The notes under the pieces: generated by a model
The model's database searches: none
Seen by the model: the letters and a program-made list of their open reading frames with translations, nothing else
What the model was told of the DNA's origin: nothing
Translations under genes and position numbers: made by a program
Assembly (NCBI GenBank): GCA_030765335.1
Contig: JAVCCU010000030.1
Span: 5,324-69,323, forward strand
Direction: 5' to 3'
Source: Candidatus Kaelpia aquatica
GTDB lineage: Bacteria; Omnitrophota; Gorgyraeia; Kaelpiales; Kaelpiaceae
DNA: 64,000 bases
In this document: positions 30,670 to 41,894 of the stretch, in pieces
Position numbering within the stretch: position 1 is the stretch's first letter
Layout of the letters: every line of letters starts with the position of its first letter

Positions 30670-32534
30670 AATTTATTTCTCTTTAAATAGATCATAATAT
30701 GGGCGATTGCCGCTGGTGTAATACCCGAAATACGCGATGCCTGCCCTAAATTAAAGGGTTTAAGATTATTCAACTTCTCTCTAACCTCTAACGACAACTC
30801 AGACATATTATTATAATCTAAATCAAATGAAAGCTTTATATTTTCAATCTTCCTGAAATCCTCAACCTGTTTAAACTGCCTCTTAATATAGCCTTCATAT
30901 TTTAGCTCTATCTCTATTTGATTTAAAACATTATCACAAAATTCAACAATCTTATCATCTAACAACTTAAGGTGACTAAATTTAACTTCAGACCTTTTAA
31001 GTAAACTTGTAAAGCTTAAGGATTGAATTGAATCAGGCTGATCTAATTCAGGCAACATCTCTTTTAATGTCTGAGGTTTTATTTTATGATTATTTAAATA
31101 GCTCCGCGCTTTTATTATCTTATCTCTAAAATCTAAGACATCTCCATACCTATCCTCAGTAATCAAGCCTAATTTATAACCAAATTCACTTAACCTTAAA
31201 ACAGCATTATCTTCTCTTAATAATAACCTGAATTCAACCCGGGAAGTCATCATTCTAAAGGGTTCATTTGTACCCTTAGTAACAAGCTCATCGATTAAAA
31301 CCCCGATATAGGCCTGAGATCTATCTAGAACAAAATCAGTCCCGCCTTTAACCTTTAAAGCCGCATTTACTCCTGCCATAAGCCCTTGAGCCGCCGCTTC
31401 TTCATAACCAGTAGTTCCATTAATCTGCCCAGCAAGGTAAAGATTTTTAATCAGCTTTGTCTCTAATGTTGGATACAGCTGAGTCGGATCTATGTAATCA
31501 TGTTCTATCCCGTATGCCGGCTTCGCAAACTCAGCCCTTTCTAAGCCTGGAATAGTTCTTACCATTTTAATCTGCAGATCTAGCGGTAAAGAATTTGAGA
31601 TTCCGTTAGGATAGTACTCATCCGTCTGAAGACCTTCAGGCTCCAAGAAGACCCGATGGCGCTCGTGATGCGGGAACTTGACTACCTTATCTTCAATAGA
31701 TGGGCAATACCTCACCCCTGTTGCTTGAATGCGGCCTGAATAGAGGGGAGACCTATCTAGATTATCCCTAATTATCTTATGAGTTGCCTCATTTGTATAA
31801 GTCAAAAAACAGTCAGCCTGTTCTAATTCTTTATTTTTAGTCCAGAATGAAAAAAATGGCACCGGGTAATCACCATGCTGAGCTTGCATTTTAGAAAAAT
31901 CTATTGAATCTTTGTAGATTCTTGCAGGTGTACCGGTCTTAAATCTTCCTATTTTAAAACCCAGTTCTTTGAGATTGTTAGAGAGCTCTGAGCTTGCCTC
32001 CTCACCCATCCTCCCCGAAAAATAATTATCCGATCCTATATGTATTAAACCATTTAAAAACGTTCCTGGAGTTAGAATCACAATTCTAGCCCTAAACTCA
32101 ACAAGGCCTTCCGTTAGAACGCCTTTAACGCTCTTATCTTTTACTATAAGACTCACTGCTTTAGCTTCTCTTATATCTAAATTATCCTGATCTTCAAGCA
32201 CTCTTCTCATGTAGAGGCTGTACTTCTCTTTATCTGCTTGAGCTCGAGAAGATTGAACTGCTGCACCTTTTGAAGAGTTTAAAATCCTAAACTGTATTCC
32301 AGCTTCATCTATGGCTCTTGCCATCTCACCGCCAAGGGCGTCAATCTCTTTGACAAGCTGCCCTTTGCCTACCCCTCCTATTGCAGGATTGCAAGACATC
32401 TGGGCAATATTTACTATACTCATAGTTAAAAGAAGTGTATTAGAACCCATGCGAGCAGATGCTAGCGCAGCCTCAATACCTGCATGGCCAGCGCCAACAA
32501 CAATAGTATCATAGGACTTTTGATGAGTTAACAT
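30666..32534 (-). CDS. mnmG: tRNA uridine 5-carboxymethylaminomethyl modification enzyme MnmG (GidA)
   Basis: FAD-binding [16 protein letters not shown]. Full-length, 622 aa. Confidence 0.95.
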   Translation of the reverse strand: MLTHQKSYDTIVVGAGHAGIEAALASARMGSNTLLLTMSIVNIAQMSCNPAIGGVGKGQLVKEIDALGGEMARAIDEAGIQFRILNSSKGAAVQSSRAQADKEKYSLYMRRVLEDQDNLDIREAKAVSLIVKDKSVKGVLTEGLVEFRARIVILTPGTFLNGLIHIGSDNYFSGRMGEEASSELSNNLKELGFKIGRFKTGTPARIYKDSIDFSKMQAQHGDYPVPFFSFWTKNKELEQADCFLTYTNEATHKIIRDNLDRSPLYSGRIQATGVRYCPSIEDKVVKFPHHERHRVFLEPEGLQTDEYYPNGISNSLPLDLQIKMVRTIPGLERAEFAKPAYGIEHDYIDPTQLYPTLETKLIKNLYLAGQINGTTGYEEAAAQGLMAGVNAALKVKGGTDFVLDRSQAYIGVLIDELVTKGTNEPFRMMTSRVEFRLLLREDNAVLRLSEFGYKLGLITEDRYGDVLDFRDKIIKARSYLNNHKIKPQTLKEMLPELDQPDSIQSLSFTSLLKRSEVKFSHLKLLDDKIVEFCDNVLNQIEIELKYEGYIKRQFKQVEDFRKIENIKLSFDLDYNNMSELSLEVREKLNNLKPFNLGQASRISGITPAAIAHIMIYLKRNKL

Positions 32535-32589
32535 AGTGAATAATATAATAGATTGAGGTAATATTTTCTATTAAATAATGGAAAATAAA

Positions 32590-33396
32590 CTAAAGTGCTA
32601 CTATAGATATAGAATTTTCGTCTGCCTCTTTGATCGAATCAGAGACATCAAAAAACAAGGTCTTATCAGCCTCAACAGCAAGAATAGATGCTTTAAGCTC
32701 TTTTAACAACTTTATAGTATCAAGCCCAACAACAGGAAGCTCAAATCTCATATCTTGATTAGGCCGTGCCACTTTTACAACAACAAAGCCCTCTCCTCCT
32801 AGCTTAGCCCCTCTTTTAATGGCCTCATTGGTTCCTTCAACAGCCTCTATTGCCAAAGCTACTCTATCTTTAACAATAACGGTTAAACCGACATCAAAAG
32901 AAGATACTGTTTTTGCTAAATCCCATCCAAAACGAATATCTTCCCATTCTTTATCTGTCGGAGACTTCTGCGTCAAACAACCCTTTTTAACAACATAGTC
33001 ATCTAAGAAAGTCCGGGCATCTAATAGATCGATGCCGACTTTCTTCAATTCCCCAGCTAAAATATCAAGTAGATTCATATCTGATTTATTAGCAAAACCT
33101 TTCATCATGGCAAAAACTCGAGGACCAAGTTTTAAGTGCTTTAATAGATCCTCCTTTTTGACATTGCCTGCCATAATAGCAGATGAGATTTCATGTTTTT
33201 TGAAAAAATCTACTAAGGGCTGGAACTGACCAAGCTCTATCCAGATTAATTCCTCTACCTCTCTCTCAAGCTCAGACAATGTTAAACCCTTAATAGCAAC
33301 AGCATAAACTTGAACTCCCTTCAGCTTGGCCTGTTTAGCCGCTAAGAGAGGATATCCCGTGCCTCCTGCTATAAGACCAATTCTTTCTATCTGCAT
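32590..33396 (-). CDS. lpxI: UDP-2,3-diacylglucosamine hydrolase LpxI
   Basis: DUF1009/LpxI family (IGLIAGGTGYPLL). Located within the lpx cluster. Confidence 0.7.
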   Translation of the reverse strand: MQIERIGLIAGGTGYPLLAAKQAKLKGVQVYAVAIKGLTLSELEREVEELIWIELGQFQPLVDFFKKHEISSAIMAGNVKKEDLLKHLKLGPRVFAMMKGFANKSDMNLLDILAGELKKVGIDLLDARTFLDDYVVKKGCLTQKSPTDKEWEDIRFGWDLAKTVSSFDVGLTVIVKDRVALAIEAVEGTNEAIKRGAKLGGEGFVVVKVARPNQDMRFELPVVGLDTIKLLKELKASILAVEADKTLFFDVSDSIKEADENSISIVAL

Positions 33397-34151
33397 ATAC
33401 CTCTTTTTGATTTAGCCATAAAATTAAGCAGAGAATCTATCTCTTTGTTTTTATACTCTTTAGAAACAATCTCCATAGCATTCGACAGGGGGTGCTTAGA
33501 TAGAAATAGAACTTTAAAAGCCTTTTTTAAAATCATCCGATCCTCAGCGCTGTACCCTGCCCTTTTAAGACCTTCAAGATTTAAACCTCTGACTTTAGCA
33601 GGATGACCGTCACACATAGAGAAAGGCGGTATATCTTGAGTAACCTTAGAACCTCCCCCTATGATTGCTAATCTTCCCACTTTGACAAACTGATGTATTG
33701 CAGCAAGACCACCCAATATTGCGCCGTCTTCTATCTCAACATGTCCCGCTAGAGTCCCGACATTAGCTATAATAACATTGTTTCCTACTATGCAATCATG
33801 TGCAATATGTGCATAAGCCATAATTAGATTATTATTGCCTATCTCAGTCCTGCCTCCTTCGCCAGTCCCAGGGTTCATAGTTGTAAACTCTCTTATTTTA
33901 TTTCCATCTCCAATGATGAGGTAACTCTTCTCACCCTTGTATTTTAAATCCTGAGGAATGCTTCCTAAGACAGCATTAGAGAAGATGCTATTATTTTTCC
34001 CAATCTTTGTATAGCCTGAAATAGTGCAAAAAGATGCTATCTTTGTACCTGACGCTATCTCAACGTCACCACCGATAACGGTATAAGGACCTATCTCAAC
34101 ATCAGAAGCTATTTTTGATCCGCTATTGATAATTACGGTGGGATGAATCAT
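33387..34151 (-). CDS. lpxA: UDP-N-acetylglucosamine O-acyltransferase
   Basis: MIHPTVII N-terminus with left-handed beta-helix hexapeptide repeats. 254 aa. Confidence 0.9.
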   Translation of the reverse strand: MIHPTVIINSGSKIASDVEIGPYTVIGGDVEIASGTKIASFCTISGYTKIGKNNSIFSNAVLGSIPQDLKYKGEKSYLIIGDGNKIREFTTMNPGTGEGGRTEIGNNNLIMAYAHIAHDCIVGNNVIIANVGTLAGHVEIEDGAILGGLAAIHQFVKVGRLAIIGGGSKVTQDIPPFSMCDGHPAKVRGLNLEGLKRAGYSAEDRMILKKAFKVLFLSKHPLSNAMEIVSKEYKNKEIDSLLNFMAKSKRGICR

Positions 34152-34156
34152 TTTTA

Positions 34157-35473
34157 CTATTTTTCAATTAAAGCAAAGAGTAGCGATGCTTCGGCTACGA
34201 CCTTGCCGTCAACCAGCGCTCTTGTATGCATCTCACCAGTCTTTGTCCTTAATCGACCAACTTCGGCTTCGAGATACAATTGGTCTCCAGGAAGAACTGG
34301 CTTTCTAAATCTGACCTTATCAACACCCATAAAGAAAGCGAGTTTTCCTCTATGCTGCTTCTGGATTAACATTAATATGCCTGAAACCTGAGCCATTGCC
34401 TCAACTATTAATACCCCCGGCATAACCGGCCGCCCCGGGAAATGACCTTTAAAGAAATACTCGTCTAAAGCTAATTTTTTAATCCCTACAGCGCGCTTGC
34501 CATCTTCCATCTCTATAATGCTATCTACAAAAAGAAAAGGATCTCTATGAGGAAGTATCTGTTTGATCTCTTCCACTCCTAAGGGCAGCTCAAACTCTTC
34601 TAATCCACCTCTATGTATCCCGGCCTGCTGAAACCTTTTGGTCTGCTGCTCTATTCTTCTAACCATCCTTATATTCAAAGGATGACCGCTCTTTATCCCT
34701 ACTATATTAGCCTCCAACTTACAACCTATAAGATAAAGATCCCCTATTAAATCTAAAACTTTATGCCTTGCAGGCTCATCGTCTATTCTATATTGATTTT
34801 CTATAACACCTGAATCAGTTATAACTAGCGTATTATTATAATTAGCACCCTTACCTAAACCCATCTTGGTTAATTTTTCAGCCTCTTCCTCTAAGCAGAA
34901 TGTTCTACTAGGAGCAATTTCATCTTTAAATGTCGCCTCATCTAAAACATGTCTTATATATTGAGCCCTAAGCTGAGGATGATCATAATTCAAAAGATAA
35001 GAAATATTTAAATTATTACTAGGGAAAGCCATTAGAGAGGCTTCTCCATCTTCAACTAAGATAGGTTCTTTAAGCTGATAAGTCTTTCTTGCTGCATCTT
35101 GTTCAACTATGCCTGCATTTTTTATCTTTTCAATAAAAGGCAGAGCGCTTCCATCTAAACCTGGGACCTCAGCGCCGTCTATCTCAATCAAAACATTGTC
35201 TATCTTACAGGCCGCCAAAGAAGCCATGAGGTGTTCTATTGTATGGATCTCTATATTATCAATACCAATAGATGTACGTCTAAGACTTAAAGTCAACTCT
35301 AGAACATAGGAGATGTGAGCAGGTATCGGAGGAGAGCCTTCTATATCTACTCTTCTAAAAATTATTCCGCTATCAGCATCTCCGGGCTTGATTTTAAGAT
35401 TAACTTTTTCATTTGTATGAAGACCTACCCCTGAGATCGCTACTTCCTTTGAAATAGTATGCTGATGCTCCAC
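34157..35473 (-). CDS. lpxC-fabZ: Bifunctional UDP-3-O-acyl-GlcNAc deacetylase / 3-hydroxyacyl-ACP dehydratase (LpxC-FabZ fusion)
   Basis: The N-terminal ~290 aa are LpxC (TIEHLMASL, HKVLDLIGDL). The C-terminal ~145 aa are FabZ (FFKGHFPGRPVMPGVLIVEAMAQ). Confidence 0.9.
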   Translation of the reverse strand: MEHQHTISKEVAISGVGLHTNEKVNLKIKPGDADSGIIFRRVDIEGSPPIPAHISYVLELTLSLRRTSIGIDNIEIHTIEHLMASLAACKIDNVLIEIDGAEVPGLDGSALPFIEKIKNAGIVEQDAARKTYQLKEPILVEDGEASLMAFPSNNLNISYLLNYDHPQLRAQYIRHVLDEATFKDEIAPSRTFCLEEEAEKLTKMGLGKGANYNNTLVITDSGVIENQYRIDDEPARHKVLDLIGDLYLIGCKLEANIVGIKSGHPLNIRMVRRIEQQTKRFQQAGIHRGGLEEFELPLGVEEIKQILPHRDPFLFVDSIIEMEDGKRAVGIKKLALDEYFFKGHFPGRPVMPGVLIVEAMAQVSGILMLIQKQHRGKLAFFMGVDKVRFRKPVLPGDQLYLEAEVGRLRTKTGEMHTRALVDGKVVAEASLLFALIEK

Positions 35474-35474
35474 T

Positions 35475-36569
35475 TTAAGACGCCTTTGCCCGTAGTTTCT
35501 CTAGTTCAGCTTCTAAATCCTCGATCTTTTTCTGAAGACACTTGATATACTTATAGAACTCTGGCAACCTCTGCACACAAGCATTGATTCTCTTTGCTGT
35601 GCTATGAGGCCTAGCAGGATAACCCGACACTACTTCGCCTTCTGGAACTGATTTTGTAACTCCAGCCTGAGCTGCCACGCGCGCATTATCACCTATACTG
35701 ATATGGCCAACAACTCCAGACTGCCCCGCCAATATAACACCTTTACCTATATTAGTACTGCCAGATATTCCAGACTGAGCCACGATGATAGAATTTTCGC
35801 CTATCTCAACATTGTGGGCAATCTGAACAAGGTTATCAATCTTTGTTCCCCTTTTTATATGAGTTTTTCCAAAACGAGCTCTATCAATAGTAACATTTGC
35901 TCCTATCTCAACATCATCCTCTATAAATACAGTGCCTATTTGCGGAATTTTATAATGGACATCTTTGACTGTAGCATAACCAAAGCCGTCACTGCCTATT
36001 ACTGTACCAGAGTGTATTATAACATTATTGCCTATGGTCACTCGCTCTCTTATAGCAACATGAGAATGTATCACACAGCTTGACCCTATCTTACTGCGGA
36101 TCCCTATATACACACCTGCTTGTAAAACAGTATTATCTCCGATAGAAGCACCGTCTGATACCACTACATAAGGCCAGATAGAGACGTCTTTACCCAGCTT
36201 TACATCTTTACCGATTATTGCAGTAGGATGAACTCCTGGCTCCATACTGCCTTCATCAGGAGCAAAACTAGAAACCAACTTGGCAAAAGCAAGGGAGGGA
36301 TTTTCCGTCTTTATTATAGGCTTATCCGTATCTTCAACAGCTTGCAGCGAAGTAATAACGGCAGACGCTTTAGTTGTATTTATAAGCGAAATGTATTTAG
36401 GGTTGGCTACAAACGTAATGTCGCCTTCTTGAGCCTCCTTGATTCCAGATAGACCCTTAATAACAACGCTATCATCGCCTACAACTTCACCGCCTATAAG
36501 CTTAGCTATGCGTGCCAGTGTTAAATCCAGACGAGGACGAAAACCATTCTCATCATAACCTAAATCCAT
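35475..36569 (-). CDS. lpxD: UDP-3-O-acylglucosamine N-acyltransferase
   Basis: N-terminal LpxD domain plus a long hexapeptide-repeat beta-helix. 364 aa. Confidence 0.9.
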   Translation of the reverse strand: MDLGYDENGFRPRLDLTLARIAKLIGGEVVGDDSVVIKGLSGIKEAQEGDITFVANPKYISLINTTKASAVITSLQAVEDTDKPIIKTENPSLAFAKLVSSFAPDEGSMEPGVHPTAIIGKDVKLGKDVSIWPYVVVSDGASIGDNTVLQAGVYIGIRSKIGSSCVIHSHVAIRERVTIGNNVIIHSGTVIGSDGFGYATVKDVHYKIPQIGTVFIEDDVEIGANVTIDRARFGKTHIKRGTKIDNLVQIAHNVEIGENSIIVAQSGISGSTNIGKGVILAGQSGVVGHISIGDNARVAAQAGVTKSVPEGEVVSGYPARPHSTAKRINACVQRLPEFYKYIKCLQKKIEDLEAELEKLRAKAS

Positions 36570-36602
36570 CTTGGCTTATCTCCCTTATATTAGACTTAGT
36601 AA

Positions 36603-37097
36603 TTACTTATATTGTTTGTTTAAATATTCTATCAGTTCTTTAGTGACATCTAAATCATTATTTTTATAAAGAAGGGCTCTGGAGTTAAACATTATAGTAT
36701 ATTTTTTTGACTTACTGTAATCTTCAACAACCTCATTTATCTCCTGAAGTATTCCTTCTATTATCTCATTTCTCTGACGCATTAGATCTGTTCTTACCTG
36801 ACGGTCAAACTGTCTCAACTCCTCCATCTTCTGATCTAATTCAACTTTGACCTTTTCCTTCTCTTTATCTGAAAGTAAATCCATCTTCTCTTTTAATCTA
36901 TCTACCTCTTTTAACTTGGAGTCTATATCTTTCTGCTTCTCTTCACCTATCTTTGTAAGCTTTGCTTCTTCATCTTTTGTTTTTTGATACTCATTGAAAA
37001 CCTGCTCTAAGTCTACACAAGCAAACTTATCAGCAGCTTCAGCAAAACCAGAGATAAGAACAGCTACTATTAGCAGTGCAAAAAACATTCTCTTCAT
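36603..37097 (-). CDS. skp: Periplasmic chaperone Skp (OmpH)
   Basis: Signal peptide and a coiled-coil-rich 164-aa protein. Sits in the conserved bamA-skp-lpxD position. Confidence 0.8.
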   Translation of the reverse strand: MKRMFFALLIVAVLISGFAEAADKFACVDLEQVFNEYQKTKDEEAKLTKIGEEKQKDIDSKLKEVDRLKEKMDLLSDKEKEKVKVELDQKMEELRQFDRQVRTDLMRQRNEIIEGILQEINEVVEDYSKSKKYTIMFNSRALLYKNNDLDVTKELIEYLNKQYK

Positions 37098-37111
37098 ATC
37101 GCTTTCTCCTT

Positions 37112-39397
37112 TTAAAATTTATGTCCCATGCTAAAATGGACTTTTCCGCCATCAGAATCATTTTCATCCGAATCCAAAGGAAAACCATAATCCAATTTTA
37201 TAGGCCCAATGGGGGTGTTCAATCTTAGACCGCAACCAACTGAAGATTTATACCCACCCGAGGCAAAATCATCCTTCTTCTCCCAGACATTACCAATATC
37301 GTAAAAGAAAGCACCTTTTATATTTTCATAAATAGGAACAGTGAGCTCAACGTTGCCTATCAAAAGTGCTTCGCCTCCAACAGGATCACTTGTCTTCACC
37401 GTATCCTTAGGCCCTACGCTTCTCTCATCATACCCTCTGATGCTATAAGCCCCTCCTGCAAATAATCTCTCATAGAGAGGCACAGAAGACGTATCACCAT
37501 AGGTATCTATTATACCAGAGTTAAGCCTGAAGTTTAAAACCCATTTTTCACGTATTAAATAAAAATAACTAAGCTGATTTGACTGACGCAAGAAATCTAC
37601 ATCTCCGCTCATAAAACCACCTGCATTCTCAAGGCTGCTGCTAAAGTAATACCCTTCTGCAGGGTCAAAAATATTGTCCCTTCTATCTCTAGCAAAAGTA
37701 AGCTTGATTGCATAGATACTCTTCTCTCCTGCTTCAGCCGTAAGAGCGCTTGAAACATCTGTAGCAACATTAGATATATCAACCTTATCAAATCGCATTC
37801 TTAAGAAGAGGCTATTATGCTCTGATATCTCTTTGCCTAATCTAAAAGATAGACCCTGCCGCTCTTCATCCCAATCATAACCGACATCGTTTTCCCGATC
37901 TCTTGAATGCTGGTAGATATCGAAACCAAAGAGATAGGGATAGCCAAGCATCCAAGGCTCTGTAAAGCTTAACTCATAGTCATTTCTGGTTGTACCCATT
38001 TCAGTGCGTAATGAAATCCTCTGGCCTCCCCCAATAAATGTTGGAAAATTAGATATGTCAAAATTTCTCTGACTCAATTCGACAAAACCTATAAACTCAT
38101 CAACGGAGCTATATCCAGCACCAAAGCTAAACTCGCCAGTCTTAGACTCTTTTACGCGCACCAATAAATCTTCTTTATTCTCTTCATCGGCTGGTAAAAT
38201 GTCAAAATCTATCTCTTCAAAATAACCCAAATTTTCAAGCCTCTGCCTAGATCTTTTTATCTTGCTGCCATCAAATTTTTCACCCGGATACATCCTTAAC
38301 TCTCTCCGTATCACAACATCTTTAGTCTTAACATTACCCTTTATATCTATTCTATCTAAATAATGTATCTCGTTCTCTACTACAGAATATTTTATATCTA
38401 CAAGCCCGGTCTCTGAGTTAATAACTGGAACTGTTTCAATCTGAGCCCTTATATAGCCTTTATCAAAATAAAAATCCTGCAATCCCTGAGTGTCAAACTT
38501 CAAAGAATCATAACTAAACACGCTATCTCTATCGAGCTTTAGAGCACTTTTAATCTCGCTTAAAGGAAAGACCTTATTGCCCTCTAAGGATACATCTCCA
38601 ACTTGATACTGTTTTCCTTCATCAACATTTATGGTCAAAATCATCCTTCTTTTTTTGTCAAAACTCGAATCATCGCTTATCTCTACATCAAGATATCCGT
38701 CTCTTTTATAAAAATCCTCTATTCTAGATAAATCTTCCTTGAAAACCTCTTCCTTATAAGCACCTGATCTAAACCAGGTTTTTGTTCTTGTCTTTAGGAG
38801 CTTAAGAACTCTCTTCTTTTTGAAAGCCTTCACTCCAGCCAATTCAATCTTTCTTATTTTTACTCTTTCCCCTTCATCGATATTAATTACCACTGTAGTC
38901 TTATCATTGCTCGGATCAATCTCTAAATCATAATCTATAGCTACTTTTGCAAAACCTCTCTCTTGATACTTTAGTTTAATCTCCTCCATATCTGTCTTCA
39001 ATTGCCATTTGTCAAAAAACTGCCCCTTTGCAGTTTTAACCAATTTCTCCAGCTTATCATCCCTTAAAACACGATTACCCTTAAAAATAACCCCGTCAAC
39101 ATACGGTGATTCTTTCACATAAAATATAATAACAATACCATCGGTCTCCTCTTTAGCATCGACAGCAACATCGGTAAAAAACCCTGTGGCATAAAGCCGT
39201 TTTATATCTTCATCTATCATCTGCTGAGAGAAAATCTGATCAGGTCTAACTTTGATTTTAGCCACTATAGCAGATTCACTAACGTTTTTGTTTCCAGCAA
39301 TCTGAAGATCTAAGATCTTGGGCATATCCTGAGCCCAAGATGTAGAAATTAAAAATAAAAACGATAAAAAAGATGGAATAAGTTTTGTCACTTTCAA
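37112..39397 (-). CDS. bamA: Outer membrane protein assembly factor BamA
   Basis: Signal peptide, POTRA repeats and a C-terminal 16-strand barrel ending ...HFSMGHKF. 761 aa. Confidence 0.9.
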   Translation of the reverse strand: MKVTKLIPSFLSFLFLISTSWAQDMPKILDLQIAGNKNVSESAIVAKIKVRPDQIFSQQMIDEDIKRLYATGFFTDVAVDAKEETDGIVIIFYVKESPYVDGVIFKGNRVLRDDKLEKLVKTAKGQFFDKWQLKTDMEEIKLKYQERGFAKVAIDYDLEIDPSNDKTTVVINIDEGERVKIRKIELAGVKAFKKKRVLKLLKTRTKTWFRSGAYKEEVFKEDLSRIEDFYKRDGYLDVEISDDSSFDKKRRMILTINVDEGKQYQVGDVSLEGNKVFPLSEIKSALKLDRDSVFSYDSLKFDTQGLQDFYFDKGYIRAQIETVPVINSETGLVDIKYSVVENEIHYLDRIDIKGNVKTKDVVIRRELRMYPGEKFDGSKIKRSRQRLENLGYFEEIDFDILPADEENKEDLLVRVKESKTGEFSFGAGYSSVDEFIGFVELSQRNFDISNFPTFIGGGQRISLRTEMGTTRNDYELSFTEPWMLGYPYLFGFDIYQHSRDRENDVGYDWDEERQGLSFRLGKEISEHNSLFLRMRFDKVDISNVATDVSSALTAEAGEKSIYAIKLTFARDRRDNIFDPAEGYYFSSSLENAGGFMSGDVDFLRQSNQLSYFYLIREKWVLNFRLNSGIIDTYGDTSSVPLYERLFAGGAYSIRGYDERSVGPKDTVKTSDPVGGEALLIGNVELTVPIYENIKGAFFYDIGNVWEKKDDFASGGYKSSVGCGLRLNTPIGPIKLDYGFPLDSDENDSDGGKVHFSMGHKF

Positions 39398-40755
39398 CTT
39401 AAATTGACCTCCATTTTATAAAGGTTTTCAAACCTGGTATATTCTTTAATAAACGCAAGTTTGATAGTATCCACAGGCCCGTTTCTCTGTTTAGCAATAA
39501 TGACATCCGCAACGCCTTTATTCTCTCCCTCAGAAGGATTGTAATACTCTTCCCTAAAAAGCAGAACAACTAAATCAGCATCCTGCTCTATTGCCCCAGA
39601 CTCTCTTAAATCAGAAAGCTGCGGCCTCTTATCCTGTCTCATTTCAGCTGCACGCGAAAGCTGACTCACAGCAATAAGAGGGACTCCTAGCTCCCTTGCT
39701 AAATCTTTAAGACTGCGCGAAATCTCAGATATCTCCTGCTGTCTACTCTCAGAGCGATAACTGCTGCGCATAAGCTGCATATAGTCTACTATTATTAGTT
39801 TTATATCATGGCGAGCCTTTAACCTTCTTGCTTTCGCCCTTAGCTCTAAAACGCTAGAACCTGCAGTATCATCTATAAAAAGAGGAGCCTCTGCAAGCTT
39901 ACCTGCAGCAGCTGTAAGTTTAGGCCAATCTTCAGGAGTTAAGAATCCGCGTCTGACTTGATGTGCGTTAACGCGGGCATGAGAACAGAGTATCCTATGC
40001 ACTAGCTGCTCTTTTGACATCTCCAAACTAAATATTGCAACAGGGATTTTCTCTTCAAGCACTGCATGCTCTGCAATACAACATGCAAGTGCAGACTTAC
40101 CCATAGAAGGCCTCCCGGCTATAATAATCAAATCCGAATTCTGGAGACCAGCTGTCAAAGAATCGAAATCGTGATAACCTGTCGGCACCCCTGTTATGCT
40201 GCTCTGACGCTGATAGAGAGTATCTATTGTAGTAATGCTGGACTTTATAAGATCCTTCATGGAGCAGATCTTACCTTCCATCTTATTAGAGACTATTTCA
40301 AAAATAGCATGCTCTGACTCATCTAGCAGTCTATCTACATCATCAACCGGATCATAGCATTTCTTTATTATTTTGGTTGAACTATTAATTAAAGAGCGTA
40401 AGACATACTTCTCTCTGACTATTTTTGTATAATGCTGTATATTGGCAGCTGAAGGAACAGAGTTAGAGATTGCAGCCAAATATGCTGGGCCTCCAATATC
40501 ATCTAACATATCCCTGTTTTTAAGCTCATCGGAAAGGGTTAAGAGGTCTACGGCTGATGAAGTATCGTATAACTCAACTATGGTTTGGAATATCTTTTGA
40601 TGAGAATCTTTATAAAAAAAAGACCTGTCCAATGACTCGATAGACTGAGCTATAGCATCTTGAGATAACAACATTGAGCCTAGGACAGCTATCTCAGCTT
40701 CAATGTTTTGAGGCGGCAACTGCTCAGGCAAAGCTGATTTTTCTCGAGGACTCAT
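39394..40755 (-). CDS. dnaB: Replicative DNA helicase
   Basis: N-terminal PQNIEAEIAVLGSML and a RecA-like C-terminal domain with GRPSMGKS Walker A. Confidence 0.95.
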   Translation of the reverse strand: MSPREKSALPEQLPPQNIEAEIAVLGSMLLSQDAIAQSIESLDRSFFYKDSHQKIFQTIVELYDTSSAVDLLTLSDELKNRDMLDDIGGPAYLAAISNSVPSAANIQHYTKIVREKYVLRSLINSSTKIIKKCYDPVDDVDRLLDESEHAIFEIVSNKMEGKICSMKDLIKSSITTIDTLYQRQSSITGVPTGYHDFDSLTAGLQNSDLIIIAGRPSMGKSALACCIAEHAVLEEKIPVAIFSLEMSKEQLVHRILCSHARVNAHQVRRGFLTPEDWPKLTAAAGKLAEAPLFIDDTAGSSVLELRAKARRLKARHDIKLIIVDYMQLMRSSYRSESRQQEISEISRSLKDLARELGVPLIAVSQLSRAAEMRQDKRPQLSDLRESGAIEQDADLVVLLFREEYYNPSEGENKGVADVIIAKQRNGPVDTIKLAFIKEYTRFENLYKMEVNLS

Positions 40756-40762
40756 TATTAAA

Positions 40763-41206
40763 TTATTCTTTAACGACCCAAACTTTGACCTTGGCTATAA
40801 TATCGGAGCGTAAACTTATAGATACATGATAAACGCCTAGCTCTTTTATTGGCTCATCTAAATCTATCGTATGTCTGTCTATCTCAAACCCTTCACCTTT
40901 TAATGCTTTAGCAATATCGATATTTGTAATGGCTCCATACATTTTCTCTTCTTCGCCAGCCTTAACGCCTATTGTAAGTGATACCTCAGACAACTTACCT
41001 CTTAGCTCTTCCAGTCTCTTCGTCTCTCTGCCTTTCTTCTTCCCTGCAGCAGTTAACTTAAGTTCCAGCTCTTTTAAAACTCCAGCAGTTGCTTGACGGA
41101 CAATGCCTTGAGGAATTAGAAAATTACGGGCATAACCATTCTTAACATTGACCAAATCAAATTTTAAACCTAAATCTTCATAATCTTCTAGTAGAATTAC
41201 TTTCAT
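40763..41206 (-). CDS. rplI: 50S ribosomal protein L9
   Basis: MKVILLEDYEDLG...VKNGYARNFLIPQG. Confidence 0.9.
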   Translation of the reverse strand: MKVILLEDYEDLGLKFDLVNVKNGYARNFLIPQGIVRQATAGVLKELELKLTAAGKKKGRETKRLEELRGKLSEVSLTIGVKAGEEEKMYGAITNIDIAKALKGEGFEIDRHTIDLDEPIKELGVYHVSISLRSDIIAKVKVWVVKE

Positions 41207-41466
41207 TATTCAGAAACAAACGGTAGTAGAGCCATAATTCTGGCATTTTTAATAGCACTTGATACTTTCCTTTGATGTTTTGCACAATTACCGCTAGAAT
41301 TTCTAGTCCTCATCCTACTTCTATCGGCAAGAAAATTTTGCAGAAGATCAACATCCTTATAATTTATATCTTCGATATTTTTCGCACAAAACCTACAATA
41401 CTTCTTCTTTCTCTTTAAATCCTTAAGCGGAAACTTTTTTTTTGTCTTACTCTTCATATTTCTCAA
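41206..41466 (-). CDS. rpsR: 30S ribosomal protein S18
   Basis: YCRFC...IDYKDVDLLQNFL signature. 86 aa. Confidence 0.9.
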   Translation of the reverse strand: MRNMKSKTKKKFPLKDLKRKKKYCRFCAKNIEDINYKDVDLLQNFLADRSRMRTRNSSGNCAKHQRKVSSAIKNARIMALLPFVSE

Positions 41467-41894
41467 AACGGCACCTCGCCCTGATCGACAGCTCCTGCTT
41501 CTTCTGAAGAAATATCTCCTGGGACAGAACCTTCCTCAAAATCAGATAAAGCAGCTCCATCTTCTTTAGCCCTGGTCAAAAACTGAACTCTATCAGCTAT
41601 AACATCTAAAGCGTTATATTTTTTACCTTCATGTTCCCAGTTTTTATACTGTAATCTGCCTTCTATAAATACGAGCTTACCTTTAGAAATATATTGATTA
41701 CAAGATTCAGCCTGTTTTCCGAAAGTCACTACTCTAACAAAGCAGGTCTCCTCCTTCTTCTCGCCTGTCTGAGACTTAAAGACCCTATTTACAGCTAAGC
41801 CAAAACTGACAACAGAAGTACCCGAAGGTGTATAGCGAATCTCTGGATCACGAGTCAAATTACCAATTAAAAATACTCTATTTAGACTGGGCAT
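41463..41894 (-). CDS. ssb: Single-stranded DNA-binding protein
   Basis: OB-fold N-terminus (NRVFLIGNLTRDPEIRYT) and an acidic C-terminal tail ending DIPF-like (…GEVPF). Confidence 0.9.
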   Translation of the reverse strand: MPSLNRVFLIGNLTRDPEIRYTPSGTSVVSFGLAVNRVFKSQTGEKKEETCFVRVVTFGKQAESCNQYISKGKLVFIEGRLQYKNWEHEGKKYNALDVIADRVQFLTRAKEDGAALSDFEEGSVPGDISSEEAGAVDQGEVPF

